A DNA stretch of 64,000 bases from assembly GCA_964473565.1 (NCBI GenBank), contig CAYYPI010000002.1, positions 3,095 to 67,094 of the forward strand. The letters are read 5' to 3'. Origin of the DNA: an uncultured Gammaproteobacteria bacterium (GTDB taxonomy: Bacteria; Patescibacteriota; Patescibacteriia; Patescibacteriales; UBA12465). The position numbers and the translations under genes were made by a program. The notes under the pieces are model-generated. The model had not been told where the DNA came from. It made no database searches and worked only from the letters and a program-made list of their open reading frames with translations. Every line of letters begins with the position of its first letter. The first letter of the stretch is position 1. This document shows positions 1-10,216 of this stretch, in pieces.

Positions 1-64
1 ATATGTAATTATATTAACATAAAAAAGAAAAAAAGGGAATGCTTTTAGCTATTCCCTTTTGTTT

Positions 65-982
65 TTAATTAGAAACAAGAGTTTGTTTAACCATTGTCTT
101 CTCTAGAACTAAAACTTGAGCTTTAGTAGCTGGCCCTTTGAATGTCAAAGGAATGCTTAGATCTAGGTTCTTCACAACCTTGTCTTTATATTTATATCTA
201 GCTTCAGGTTGTCTGTAGCTAGCATAAATATCTACACAAGTGTTCACATGGCCTATAACGACACTGTTTTGCGCACCTTTGCTTTTAAGATTGATAATAA
301 CAATCTCAGGAGATTCCAACTTATTAAGGTCGTATCCATAAACATTAGTACGCAAAATTCCTTCGCTATTAGCATCATGTGATGAATAGATTTCATTAAT
401 TAATGTATCATATTCAGTCACATAAACAGACATAGAAGCAGGATTTTTTTCTCTGTAAACCTCAAGCCAATGATCTGTAGCTTTTCTACAAGTATCACCA
501 GTTATTGGATCAAAGAAATACTCCCCCTTGTTGTCTTCATGGATTTCATTGCTTGGACGATGAAAAATCTCACCGTTTTCAATGTTAATCCAATTTAGAA
601 CATCTCCATTAGGGTTAAAATTTGCCCTATCCAAGGAAGGTAGAAAATGAAAAACAAAGACCAAAAGTATTGGTAACCATTTCACTAACTTCCTCTTTTT
701 TTGCTCATGATCATTAAAGATCCTTGAAAAAAAAGTTGAGACAACAAAAGTTGCAACAAATAACACAACTAGATATAGCCACGGAGCCATGTACTGAATT
801 AAGTTTTGGAAGGTATAGAACCAAATAATTGTACCAATAATCACTAAAATAGCAATTACCACATTATTTTTAAATCCTGGCCACTGAAAAAACTTAATTA
901 ACTTTTCTTTTTTGCTTGTTTTTTTGCTCTCAGTTTCCGTTGTTTTACCAACTTCATGAGCTAATTTAGGTCTTTTACTCAT
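65..982 (-). CDS. hypothetical membrane protein (N-terminal TM helices, soluble C-terminal domain), immediately downstream of the SPFH gene
   Basis: 305-aa ORF with hydrophobic segments at about residues 40-115. There is a 20-nt gap to the upstream SPFH ORF. No recognisable motif. Confidence 0.5.
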   Translation of the reverse strand: MSKRPKLAHEVGKTTETESKKTSKKEKLIKFFQWPGFKNNVVIAILVIIGTIIWFYTFQNLIQYMAPWLYLVVLFVATFVVSTFFSRIFNDHEQKKRKLVKWLPILLVFVFHFLPSLDRANFNPNGDVLNWINIENGEIFHRPSNEIHEDNKGEYFFDPITGDTCRKATDHWLEVYREKNPASMSVYVTEYDTLINEIYSSHDANSEGILRTNVYGYDLNKLESPEIVIINLKSKGAQNSVVIGHVNTCVDIYASYRQPEARYKYKDKVVKNLDLSIPLTFKGPATKAQVLVLEKTMVKQTLVSN

Positions 983-1002
983 CTTTTACCTTTCCTTTCT
1001 TT

Positions 1003-2016
1003 TTATTTCTTACCAATTTCATTAGACATAGCAATGATTTCAGCCATTGCTTGTTTAGACATAGCAGCTCCTGAGTTTTCACTGTCAGAGAAAAATCCAG
1101 TCTCTACTTGAGGTACAGCCTCCCATTTCTTCATTGCTTGCAAGAAATGTGAAGCTTGATCAGGTCTAAGTTTGCTTTCAATAATTTTTTCTAAAGCAAT
1201 TTTCAAGCCTTCACCTTCAAATTCCTGAGCGCTTTGTTTAGCCTTAGCAATTTCTGTAATTCTCTGAGCTTCACCTTTAGCCTTAACTATTGTTTGCCTC
1301 TTCTGCAGTTTTACCACATCTAATTTGTTTCTTTCTGCATATACTTCTTCCCTGACTTTTCTATCAGCTTCAGATAAGATGATATCCTCTAAGCGCATAC
1401 TTATAATTTCTACACCCCATTTATCTTTTATATAAGTAAGGATGCTTAAATCACCAAAAAACAAAGCATTAAAATCAAAACTTGTAGACTTGTCTTTAAA
1501 ATTAAGCACATCTTTATCTTCCGCATAGTCACGAAAATATTTTTTAAAGATTTCCCTAATTTCCTTATAGACATCTTCAACTTCAATGTAAGCATTTTTA
1601 GGATTTACAACTTTCAGCCTAACTGATAGTTTTACCCAAGCAGCAGATAGTTTAAACTCCACCATCTCATCATAGTCCCCTTTAGCATCTTCAAATACAT
1701 CAATCGAATGCTCTGACATGTTATAGGCTATGGGAACATCAAAGATGTTAAACCAAGGATAAACAAAATTTAAACCTGGTTTTAAGTTTTTATGATGCCC
1801 ACCAAAATACGTTAAAATGTAATTATAACGTTCAGGCACGGTAACAATAGCCTGAATAATCAAATAGCCCAAAAGGACTAGAAACAACAAAACTCCAATT
1901 AAGAAGCTTGCTGTGAGGCTCAGCCAGGTGGTAAAAGTGCACGTAACTAGGATTGCAATAAGCGCAAACGATAAAATCGTTGCCTTCCAAATGTTCTTTA
2001 ATACAAAATCTTTCAT
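1003..2016 (-). CDS. SPFH/band-7 (prohibitin/HflC-like) membrane protein
   Basis: Two N-terminal TM helices followed by an SPFH-like core. The C-terminal part is a charged Ala/Glu/Lys-rich helix (KAKGEAQRITEIAKAKQSAQEFEGEG) typical of the family. Confidence 0.7.
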   Translation of the reverse strand: MKDFVLKNIWKATILSFALIAILVTCTFTTWLSLTASFLIGVLLFLVLLGYLIIQAIVTVPERYNYILTYFGGHHKNLKPGLNFVYPWFNIFDVPIAYNMSEHSIDVFEDAKGDYDEMVEFKLSAAWVKLSVRLKVVNPKNAYIEVEDVYKEIREIFKKYFRDYAEDKDVLNFKDKSTSFDFNALFFGDLSILTYIKDKWGVEIISMRLEDIILSEADRKVREEVYAERNKLDVVKLQKRQTIVKAKGEAQRITEIAKAKQSAQEFEGEGLKIALEKIIESKLRPDQASHFLQAMKKWEAVPQVETGFFSDSENSGAAMSKQAMAEIIAMSNEIGKK

Positions 2017-2121
2017 GTCTCTTATTTTTTTAGTTTATATTTTATTTTAATGTACAAATTACAATATTTTTGTAATCATATTATTTTATAATATTTATTC
2101 AGTTTTGTCAAGTGATAGCTC

Positions 2122-3252
2122 TTATCTTTTTAAGCGTTTCTCACCAACATATACATACTCCCATGGCTCAGGCTTTGGACCAATATCATCTGCTCCTGGT
2201 GGATAATTTGGAATAAAGCCAAACCTTTTAGCATTAAAGAAGTTATTTTTTGATATCCAATCATAAGCTCTGCTTTTACCAAAATCAGTAAATGAATAAT
2301 TAGAATTTGTATCAACCAAATCAACACTATAGCCACTGTGATGCTTAGAAAATCCTGGTATAGACCTACTTTCTAAAATATTTCTAATAATCTCATCAGC
2401 CTTACCACTTGCTATCTCATCTGTATCTAATTCCCTTCCATACTTTTCTTGCATTCTCTTTTCCATTTCATATCGAAAAATATTTCTCTGCTCCTCAACA
2501 CTTCTATATCCAGAAACAATATCTAAATTATACCCTTCTCTTCTAGCAGCTTCTCTTAGAGAAATGAAATGATTTTTAGCGCTTACTTGTAGATACTCAC
2601 CTTTAATTAATTCAAGCTCTGTACTAGCTACTGCTTGCAATTTATAATCCATATCCCTAGCTATACTAACAATCCGACTATCTGCTTCTTGGTCAAAATA
2701 TATAGCTGGAGAAGATTCAAGCTCTGTTGTGTTTGGCAAGGAAAGACTTTCATATAAATCTACAAAGTCACTAGAGGAAAAAACTTTATAATCATCTTTA
2801 ACTAAATTATCTATAGGGATAGAATTTAAATCTGAATTACTAACCCCTAAGCCAAGCTCTTGCATAATATTAAAAGCGGCTAATGGGCGACTCAAATAAT
2901 GAAAAGAAGCATCATCAGGATTTACATAATAAGCTTTACCACTATCTTCTACTTTTAATAATATAAGTCCTAATAATCTACTGGGAACATCACCTTCACT
3001 TATTTCTTCAAAATTATCATTACTAATTCCTATAGATAATTCTCTCATTATAGAAAAAGCATCAGCTGGGTCTCCTAAATAATATCTTTTTAAATTTTCA
3101 GGATAAATATACCAGGCTTCACCACTTTCTTCCACTTGCAATAATATCTTCCCAGAAAGTGAATGAAAGGCTAAAACAGGGGTATAAGAACCCATAAAAA
3201 GGAGAAAAACTAAACTGATTATTATTAATAATTTTAGATTATTTAATTTCAT
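2122..3252 (-). CDS. secreted D-Ala-D-Ala carboxypeptidase (VanY/peptidase M15B-like) with two N-terminal ~50-aa repeat modules
   Basis: The C-terminal part has SGYRSVEEQ and FSKHHSGYSVDLVD (HxxGxxxD zinc-ligand-type motif). Start placed at MKLNNLKLLIIISLVF (signal peptide, ATG at 3252), because the track's longer start runs through the purL terminator and overlaps purL. Confidence 0.7.
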   Translation of the reverse strand: MKLNNLKLLIIISLVFLLFMGSYTPVLAFHSLSGKILLQVEESGEAWYIYPENLKRYYLGDPADAFSIMRELSIGISNDNFEEISEGDVPSRLLGLILLKVEDSGKAYYVNPDDASFHYLSRPLAAFNIMQELGLGVSNSDLNSIPIDNLVKDDYKVFSSSDFVDLYESLSLPNTTELESSPAIYFDQEADSRIVSIARDMDYKLQAVASTELELIKGEYLQVSAKNHFISLREAARREGYNLDIVSGYRSVEEQRNIFRYEMEKRMQEKYGRELDTDEIASGKADEIIRNILESRSIPGFSKHHSGYSVDLVDTNSNYSFTDFGKSRAYDWISKNNFFNAKRFGFIPNYPPGADDIGPKPEPWEYVYVGEKRLKR

Positions 3253-3309
3253 ATAATATAATTTAGAAAACTTAGTATAGCATAAACAAAGAAGAATTTC
3301 AATTGTAAA

Positions 3310-3340
3310 TAAAAAACCCTTGCTTTTAAACAAGGGTTTA
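3310..3340 (-). terminator. rho-independent terminator after purL
   Basis: AAACCCTTG / CAAGGGTTT stem (3314-3322 / 3331-3339) followed by a T-run on the minus strand. Confidence 0.7.
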
Positions 3341-3355
3341 AAGGGTAAAAAGATT

Positions 3356-6300
3356 TTATTTCTCTTTACACCAGTCATAGGCATTTTGGACCATTTTTAA
3401 CCAGGGCGAAGCTTTTAAATTTTGCTTCCAATTCTCTGGCATATAAGCCCATTGCCATTTTAAAAAGGTTCTTTCTGGATGAGGCATCATAGCTAAATGT
3501 CTTCCAGATAAATCACAAACCGCTGCAATTCCCTTATAGGAACCATTGGGATTAAACGGGTATTGTTCAGTTATTTTCCCATCATCATCAACATAGCGTA
3601 TTGGTGCTAAATCAAAGCGGTTAATATAACTAAGCACCTCATGATTAGCATGGAACTTCCCTTCACCATGTGCAGACCAGATTCCTAAAACTGAATCAGC
3701 CATCTCTTTTAACATTATAGCCGGGCTACTGCTAATTTTTACAGTGGAAAACCTTGACTCGAAACGCTTAGAATCATTTTCAATAAATCTAATTTTTTTC
3801 TCATCCTTAAAGGCTTTCTTCGGTACCCAACCCAAGAGTGCTGATAATTGGCAACCATTACAAACTCCCAGTGAAAAAGTATCTGGACGATTATAAAAAT
3901 CATCAAACATTTTTTTCACTTTTTTATTAAATAAAATTGTAGCTGCCCAGCCTTTAGCTGAATCAAGTACATCCGCATAACTAAATCCACCTACAAAAGC
4001 CACTCCCCTGAATTCTTGCAGATCAGCTTTACCAGAAATAACGTCGGTCATTGTGACATCATAAACATCAAAACCTACCATTTTGAAATATGAGGACATT
4101 TCTCGGTCACCATTTGATCCTTCTTCCCTAACAATTGCAACTTTCGGCTCATCTACAACTTTATCACCAATATTATACTTTGGTGAATCAATTTCAAAAC
4201 TCAACTTGTAGGGCGTATAATTTCTGATATGAGAGTTTATCCTCTCTTGATTTACACACCTCTCATCACATTGTAAGCGATCAAGTTCAAAGCTGGTTTC
4301 TTCCCATATTGATCTAAAATTAGCCATAGAGTCCGCTAAAAGAAGCTCTTTTTTATCTCTCACATACCTGCTTAACCTTATAATCGGAATTGGCGTTGTT
4401 ATACCAATAATATCAAAAGGTATTTTGTTCGCTTCTAAAAGTTCGAGAATGTTTTCTTCTTTTTTGCAATCAAAGGCAATTATCCAGCCAGCTTCTTCGG
4501 CAAACAATTCCTCAATTACGGTATTTCTATCTGTCCTAACATGACAATCAAAACCAGAATTACCAGCAAAAGCCATTTCCATTAAGGCACTGATCATACC
4601 TCCATCACTAATATCATGACAGGCATTAATCATCCCATCACTCACCAGCTCCTGAACAACTTTAAAACCTCTTAAAAGTAATTGAGGATCATCAATATCA
4701 GGAGTCTCATTACCTAGCTGGTTATAAACTTGAGCTAAAGCAGAACCTCCTAAGCGTCTCTTACCAACAGCCAAATCAATTCTAAGAAGTCTATGTGTGC
4801 CAAGTTTAAAATCAGGTGTAACAACTTTAGTGATGTCAGGCATTGGAGCGTAAGCAGAAATTACCAATTCCAACGGTGATTTAACCAGTTCTGTTCTCCC
4901 ATCAGGATGCTCTACTTTAGTGGCCATGGATAAACTATCCTTACCACCATCAATTGCCATGCCAATTTCAATCATTAAATCTCGCATAGCAGTAGCTGCT
5001 TTATAGAAATTAACACCCTCACCCGGAAGTTTAGGTGCTCCCATCCAGTTGGCTGAGCACTTCACATAATCAAGTCCAGAAATTAGAGCTCCAGCCATGT
5101 TAGTAACTGCCTCAGCTACCGCCATTCTGGCACCAGCTTCAGGATTAACTAACATTTTAATTGGTTGTTCACCTATACTAGTAGCAGCGCCACTGTATAA
5201 CCCTTTATCATTTACAAAATGACTTTGAGCAACTACAGCCACATCAGAAACAGTCACTTGAGGCCAGCCACAACATTGCTGCTGTGCAATAAGTCCGGTA
5301 ACACTCCTATCACCTTTATTGGTTAAAAACCTTTTAGAACCAACTGATGATAATCTCATTACTCTTCTTAACATTGAGTAAATGGTTTCTTTTTTTGGTA
5401 AATGAAGTGTTGAAAAATTAATCCGCTCTTCATTACTAACAAAAGTTTTCTGTGGCATGCCACTTAATAGTGCTTTTAAATCAAGTTCAACCGGCATTTC
5501 ATCTTTTTCGCTATCATAAACACGAAAAATACCATCATCACTTGCCACTCCTAAAACCTCAAGTGGAACCTTTTCACGTTCACATATTTCTTCAAGTTCT
5601 TTTAATGAATCCTTGAAAATAAGGAGGCCATTGCGTTCCTGATACTCAGCAACCCAAATCTCCAATACTGAAAGTGTAGGATCTCCTAAATTAATGCGTC
5701 GGATATCAATGGTACCACCAGTTTTTTCTACTAATTCTTTCAGGACATTAGCAGGTCCACCGGCACCTTGATCATGAATACTGGCAATTGGATTTTTATC
5801 TCCTAACTCAACACAAGCCCTAACTACCCGATTCATTTTTTGCTCCATTTCAGCATCACCTCTTTGTACAGCATCAAAGTCAACTTGCTCTTTATTTTCA
5901 CCTTGCATTAAAGATGAAGCAGCGCCACCACCAAACCCAATACGATAAGCGGGCCCACCAATCTCTACAATCAACATGCCCTTTTTAGCATCAATTTTGT
6001 CCAAGTGTCTGCTGTCAATTTGACCTATGCCACCACTGAAAAGTATTGGTTTAAGGAATTCTCTGCGTTCACCGTTTGGTAAACGAGAAGCACCCGTACG
6101 CACAAATCCGGAAATAACAGGCTCACCAATTTCATTGCCATACCTGGTTGTACCGTTTGACCCAGCAATGAGAATATCTTTAGCACTAGCTAAAGTAGGC
6201 GGATAAACTGATTTTTTCTCCCAGGGCAAGTCATAATTTGTTAAAAACAAATCACCAACGGCATAACCAACTGTACCAGCAAGCATCAATCCTCCGCGAC

Positions 6301-7189
6301 CAGTAGCTTGAATATCACGTATACGACCACCGGTTCCAGTTTGCGCTCCTGGAAAAGGAGCTACCCCTGTTGGAAAATTATGGGTTTCAGCTGTGAAAAT
6401 AAAATGATACTTTACTTTTCTTCTTCTAAAGTTAGAAAAGTTTCCAGGAGAAGCGGGCATGATAGTATTAATATCAAAACCTTTAATTCCACTAGAATTA
6501 TCATTAAAAGCAATCACGCTGTTTTCAGGATTTGCAGACCAAGTAGATTTAACAACATCCATTAAAGTCTCTTTCATTTCCTGACCATTAATGATCTGTT
6601 GGCCTTTAAAGTAGCCGTGGCGGCAATGCTCACTGTTAGCATTATTCAAATCCATGATTTCCACAATTGTGGGATTTCGTTTTTCACGATTGACAAAATA
6701 ATCATAATACAATTTTTTGTCATACTCATCCATGGATAATCCATCAATTTCAGCAAAGGCAGACAAGCCTTTTTCCATTAGAGGAACCTCGTACACTTCT
6801 TCCGGTTTTTGTCCGGTAGAGAAAGTTTTAATAGGCTCTTCATAAAACATTTCTGTCATTCGATCAAACTCAAGCGTTGACCCCAAAGAACGCCTTGACA
6901 CTTCAATGCGACCAACTTTTTTGTTTAAACCACAGCTTCTTAAAATTGATAAAGCATTAGTGTTCCAGGGAGTGGCAAAATTTAATCGAGGACCTACTTC
7001 ATGTTTTTCAGCTGGAGCATTTTCCAAAAAAGACTTTTCTGAAAAACCTTTTTTATCAAATGTCTCACTCAGCAACCACCGTAGAATATTCTCTTCTGTC
7101 TTTGATAAAGGTTTAAGAATTTCCACATTAAAACAGACTTCACTTACCTCACTTTTTTTACGGTAATAATGTTTAACTAGTTTTTCCAT
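3356..7189 (-). CDS. purL: phosphoribosylformylglycinamidine (FGAM) synthase, large single-chain form
   Basis: 1277 aa with an N-terminal PurS-like region, duplicated AIR-synthase-like ATP-grasp halves and a C-terminal class-I glutamine amidotransferase (GVCNGCQ, HPE). Confidence 0.9.
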   Translation of the reverse strand: MEKLVKHYYRKKSEVSEVCFNVEILKPLSKTEENILRWLLSETFDKKGFSEKSFLENAPAEKHEVGPRLNFATPWNTNALSILRSCGLNKKVGRIEVSRRSLGSTLEFDRMTEMFYEEPIKTFSTGQKPEEVYEVPLMEKGLSAFAEIDGLSMDEYDKKLYYDYFVNREKRNPTIVEIMDLNNANSEHCRHGYFKGQQIINGQEMKETLMDVVKSTWSANPENSVIAFNDNSSGIKGFDINTIMPASPGNFSNFRRRKVKYHFIFTAETHNFPTGVAPFPGAQTGTGGRIRDIQATGRGGLMLAGTVGYAVGDLFLTNYDLPWEKKSVYPPTLASAKDILIAGSNGTTRYGNEIGEPVISGFVRTGASRLPNGERREFLKPILFSGGIGQIDSRHLDKIDAKKGMLIVEIGGPAYRIGFGGGAASSLMQGENKEQVDFDAVQRGDAEMEQKMNRVVRACVELGDKNPIASIHDQGAGGPANVLKELVEKTGGTIDIRRINLGDPTLSVLEIWVAEYQERNGLLIFKDSLKELEEICEREKVPLEVLGVASDDGIFRVYDSEKDEMPVELDLKALLSGMPQKTFVSNEERINFSTLHLPKKETIYSMLRRVMRLSSVGSKRFLTNKGDRSVTGLIAQQQCCGWPQVTVSDVAVVAQSHFVNDKGLYSGAATSIGEQPIKMLVNPEAGARMAVAEAVTNMAGALISGLDYVKCSANWMGAPKLPGEGVNFYKAATAMRDLMIEIGMAIDGGKDSLSMATKVEHPDGRTELVKSPLELVISAYAPMPDITKVVTPDFKLGTHRLLRIDLAVGKRRLGGSALAQVYNQLGNETPDIDDPQLLLRGFKVVQELVSDGMINACHDISDGGMISALMEMAFAGNSGFDCHVRTDRNTVIEELFAEEAGWIIAFDCKKEENILELLEANKIPFDIIGITTPIPIIRLSRYVRDKKELLLADSMANFRSIWEETSFELDRLQCDERCVNQERINSHIRNYTPYKLSFEIDSPKYNIGDKVVDEPKVAIVREEGSNGDREMSSYFKMVGFDVYDVTMTDVISGKADLQEFRGVAFVGGFSYADVLDSAKGWAATILFNKKVKKMFDDFYNRPDTFSLGVCNGCQLSALLGWVPKKAFKDEKKIRFIENDSKRFESRFSTVKISSSPAIMLKEMADSVLGIWSAHGEGKFHANHEVLSYINRFDLAPIRYVDDDGKITEQYPFNPNGSYKGIAAVCDLSGRHLAMMPHPERTFLKWQWAYMPENWKQNLKASPWLKMVQNAYDWCKEK

Positions 7190-7367
7190 TTCATTTAATT
7201 TTTATTAATATTTAATTTTAATGTTCATTTCTCTATTATTTATTCAATATAGAATAATATAATAAAATAACCTAATATCAGCAAGAAGTCAATTAATATA
7301 TTATTATTTTAATTGTAAAAAAATAAAATAAAAAACCCATCTTTTAAAGATGAGTTTTGAAGTGTTT

Positions 7368-7838
7368 TTAATTTTTTAATCCCAGGACATAATATCCTTC
7401 ATTAGTTCGTTTTTCCAGGCAACAGAAGTTAAAGCATTCATAGCCTAAACTATTTTTATTAGTGCTTTTCCCTCTATTTACAAAATTAAAAATATCACCA
7501 CCGGTTTCACATCTCCATGAACCCTCAGCTACAATATTTAAATTTTTAAATTCGGGAAATTGGTGCAGAAAACTTATTAGTTCAAACACGGTCGCCGGGC
7601 TATAGTTCTCTTTTTCAAATGTGGACTTTAAGTCTTCCCTGCTCTTAAAAGGAAAAAGCTTTACCACAAAAGAACCTCTAATGATTGAATCAATCATTGT
7701 TTTACCGACACTCCTAGTCTCTGCCGCTTTGATTAACCCAATCTTTTGCTCATCATCTTTTATAGCGATAAGAGCATCAGAAAAGTTCGCTGTTACTTCA
7801 AAAGTCTTTTGTTCTGTGATAGTTTTAATTTCTGTCAT
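7368..7838 (-). CDS. hypothetical protein (paralogue of the 39165-39698 ORF)
   Basis: 156-aa ORF followed by a hairpin/T-run at about 7325-7357. Shares the KLFxF...PATxxE...F...PE...IxAxGSxWR pattern with the 39165 ORF. Confidence 0.5.
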   Translation of the reverse strand: MTEIKTITEQKTFEVTANFSDALIAIKDDEQKIGLIKAAETRSVGKTMIDSIIRGSFVVKLFPFKSREDLKSTFEKENYSPATVFELISFLHQFPEFKNLNIVAEGSWRCETGGDIFNFVNRGKSTNKNSLGYECFNFCCLEKRTNEGYYVLGLKN

Positions 7839-8203
7839 TTTATTTAATTTTAAGGTTCATGAACTCAAATTAACTCTCAAAAATATATCATTTATATATA
7901 ATTTTGTCAATTTATTATTATATCAAGAGAGAGACTAGGGATAAAGCATAAAAAAATAGCACTTGCATGCTAATTAGATATATAAAAATATTATACTACT
8001 TATAATTTTCTATTAATTAATACAAAATAATATTTTTACTAGTCTCCCTTATTCTTTCCATAAAATTAAGATCAAACTCAATTAAAGATAATTGTAGTTA
8101 AATAATTTTAAATATGATAAAATAATTATAAGATTAGAGAAATTAAAAAACTATTAGTATCTAAAGCCCATTACTTAAAATAAGTAAATTAAATAATAAT
8201 TAT

Positions 8204-8458
8204 ATGGAAAATTTAGAAAAATATATCTCTAATAAGGAAAACAAAGAAATAGAGGAAGAGGAGAAAAAGAAAATAGAAGAAAGTGATAAGTTTAAAGAGG
8301 AGCTTGGAATTGAGAAACTAAAAGAAGCTGAAGAAGAATATGAAGCTCTACAAAAAAAGGAAGAGGAAGAAATAAAAAGAATAAAAGATGAGTTGATAAA
8401 AGAGCTCAAAAAATCAAGAGAAGATCAAAAAGATGACTTAGAAGATTTATACAGTTAG
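8204..8458 (+). CDS. small Glu/Lys-rich coiled-coil protein
   Basis: 84-aa ORF followed directly by a good terminator at 8471-8497. The antisense ORF is Ser/Phe low-complexity. Confidence 0.4.
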   Translation: MENLEKYISNKENKEIEEEEKKKIEESDKFKEELGIEKLKEAEEEYEALQKKEEEEIKRIKDELIKELKKSREDQKDDLEDLYS

Positions 8459-8470
8459 AGCAAAAACTAA

Positions 8471-8497
8471 AAATACCTTGAAAAAGGTATTTTTATT
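8471..8497 (+). terminator. rho-independent terminator
   Basis: AAATACCTT-GAAA-AAGGTATTT stem-loop followed by a T-run. Confidence 0.7.
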
Positions 8498-8536
8498 TAA
8501 AATCAGTATTAATCTTTAAGAGTACTTAAACATCTG

Positions 8537-8609
8537 AGCCGTTGCGCGGGCTTGAACCGCGGACCTCTTCCTTACCATGGAAGTGCTCTACCAACTGAGC
8601 TACAACGGC
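8537..8609 (-). tRNA. tRNA-Thr (anticodon GGT)
   Basis: Cloverleaf read by eye: acceptor GCCGTTG/CAACGGC, anticodon arm CTTCC-ATGGTAA-GGAAG, T arm CGCGG-TTCAAGC-CCGCG. No encoded CCA. Confidence 0.9.
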
Positions 8610-8659
8610 AAAAATAATAAAGATATTTTATAGTTTATATTAAAAACATCTTTTGTCAA

Positions 8660-9448
8660 CTACATATTTTCAATTATTTCTTTATACTTAGATAATTTTT
8701 TATTATCAGGATTTACCTCAAAAAGTCGCGTAAAAGCATCTAAAGCAGCCTCCTTATCTTTAGTTTCTATATTTATTTCTACTAATTTATCTAAAAATCT
8801 AGGGTTCTTACTATCAATACTTAAAGCTTGATGTAGGTCTTCTTTTGTCTGAGAAAGGTCATTATTTTTCTGGCTTATATCTGCCATAGTAAAATGTATT
8901 TTAGCTTTAGCAAGCTCATCTTCTTTTTCTTCAATTAACTTTAATAAAAATGAATAGGTTTCCCTGGCCTCTTCATATTTTTTTTGTAAGAAATATATAT
9001 TAGCTAATTTTTCAAAAGCTAACTCATTATGCTTATCAAACTCTAAAATTAAAATAGCCTTTTCTTCAGCTTTTTCATAATCTTCCTGATTGATATGTTC
9101 ATCAATCTCATTTAATAATTTCTTTGATTTTTTCTCTTTTTGCTCAAAACTAATCCTTTTTTGAGATAAATAAGACCTCTTTTTTTTATTTAAATTAGTA
9201 ATAATAGCTAAAAAGAATTCATTTATCTTTTTACCAATATCTAGCCAATATCTAGCTACTCCTCCACTATACCTACCCAAAGCTCTATCAAAAAGCTGTT
9301 TTTTAATTTGTTTTTTAAACTTAGCCTCCTTTTCTTCTGGAATACTTTCCACGTCTAAAATAGCTAAAGCGGGAAACTTTCTAATTATAATAATCAAAAT
9401 AATGATTATAGAAACAATTATTAAAATTATGGGTAATATATCAAACAT
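8660..9448 (-). CDS. membrane-anchored TPR-like repeat protein
   Basis: N-terminal TM (ILPIILIIVSIIIILIIII) followed by helical repeats with a TPR-like Y/A/F pattern. Confidence 0.5.
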   Translation of the reverse strand: MFDILPIILIIVSIIIILIIIIRKFPALAILDVESIPEEKEAKFKKQIKKQLFDRALGRYSGGVARYWLDIGKKINEFFLAIITNLNKKKRSYLSQKRISFEQKEKKSKKLLNEIDEHINQEDYEKAEEKAILILEFDKHNELAFEKLANIYFLQKKYEEARETYSFLLKLIEEKEDELAKAKIHFTMADISQKNNDLSQTKEDLHQALSIDSKNPRFLDKLVEINIETKDKEAALDAFTRLFEVNPDNKKLSKYKEIIENM

Positions 9449-9449
9449 A

Positions 9450-10214
9450 TTATTCTAAAATACTTTTACAAATTTGAAGAAAACTATTTAATTTCAAACT
9501 AGCTCCACCCACCAAAACTCCTTGAATCTCTAAATACTTGCTTATTTCTTTAATATTTTTAGTGTCTACGCTACCACCATAGATAAAAACAAATCTTTCC
9601 TCAGCCAAGCTTTTGCTATATAAGCTAATAATCTCCTCTTTAATGAAGCTAAGCATTTCTTTTACTTCCTTAGCTGCCATATTTTTACCTGTACCTATAG
9701 CCCAAATAGGTTCATAAGCAATAATAATTTCTTGTCCTTTCTTGGGTTTTATATTTTTTAAAGACTCTTTAATTTGCTTCTTTAAAAAAGTTTTTTCTCT
9801 TCCCTTTTTTCTGATTTCTTCACTCTCACCAATACACACAACTGGTTTTAGGTTCTTTTTCAAAACTAAAGCCAGTTTTTTATTTACCGTTTCTGAACTT
9901 TCATTTAAAATAGTTCTTCTTTCTGAATGTCCAAGTATAACTGTATTAACATTTAATTGTTCTAAATTTTTAATTGAAACCTCCCCTGTATATGATCCCT
10001 CTTCTTGCCAAAAAACATCTTGAGCTCCTAAATTTAATTTAGACTTTTCCAAAGCTAAACTTATAGAGCTTAAACTTAAAAAATCAGGACAAACAATTAC
10101 TTGCCTTCCCCAGATCTCTTTCATTATTTTTATATTTATTTTTTTTGCCAACTGAATACTTTCACTTAGTGATAAATTCATTTTCCAATTAGCAATAACA
10201 TAACGATTGTTCAT
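9450..10214 (-). CDS. tpiA: triosephosphate isomerase
   Basis: ANWKMN, GHSERR and AYEPIWAIGTG motifs. Confidence 0.9.
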   Translation of the reverse strand: MNNRYVIANWKMNLSLSESIQLAKKINIKIMKEIWGRQVIVCPDFLSLSSISLALEKSKLNLGAQDVFWQEEGSYTGEVSIKNLEQLNVNTVILGHSERRTILNESSETVNKKLALVLKKNLKPVVCIGESEEIRKKGREKTFLKKQIKESLKNIKPKKGQEIIIAYEPIWAIGTGKNMAAKEVKEMLSFIKEEIISLYSKSLAEERFVFIYGGSVDTKNIKEISKYLEIQGVLVGGASLKLNSFLQICKSILE

Positions 10215-10216
10215 AT

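Noticed and set aside
3253-3384. N-terminal extension of the VanY-like ORF, using the track start at 3384.
   Set aside because: It would overlap the purL stop and read through the purL terminator hairpin at 3314-3339. The internal ATG at 3252 is followed by a proper signal peptide.
7839-8203. A 365-nt AT-rich non-coding stretch, inspected for a replication origin, DnaA boxes or repeats.
   Set aside because: No TTATCCACA-like boxes or tandem repeats were seen, only an 8-bp inverted pair (GAGACTAG / CTAGTCTC) about 100 nt apart. Most simply it is the promoter regions of two divergent genes.
8200-8409. 69-aa minus-strand ORF (Ser/Phe-rich).
   Set aside because: It is the antisense shadow of the Glu/Lys-rich plus-strand ORF, which unlike this one is followed by a terminator.
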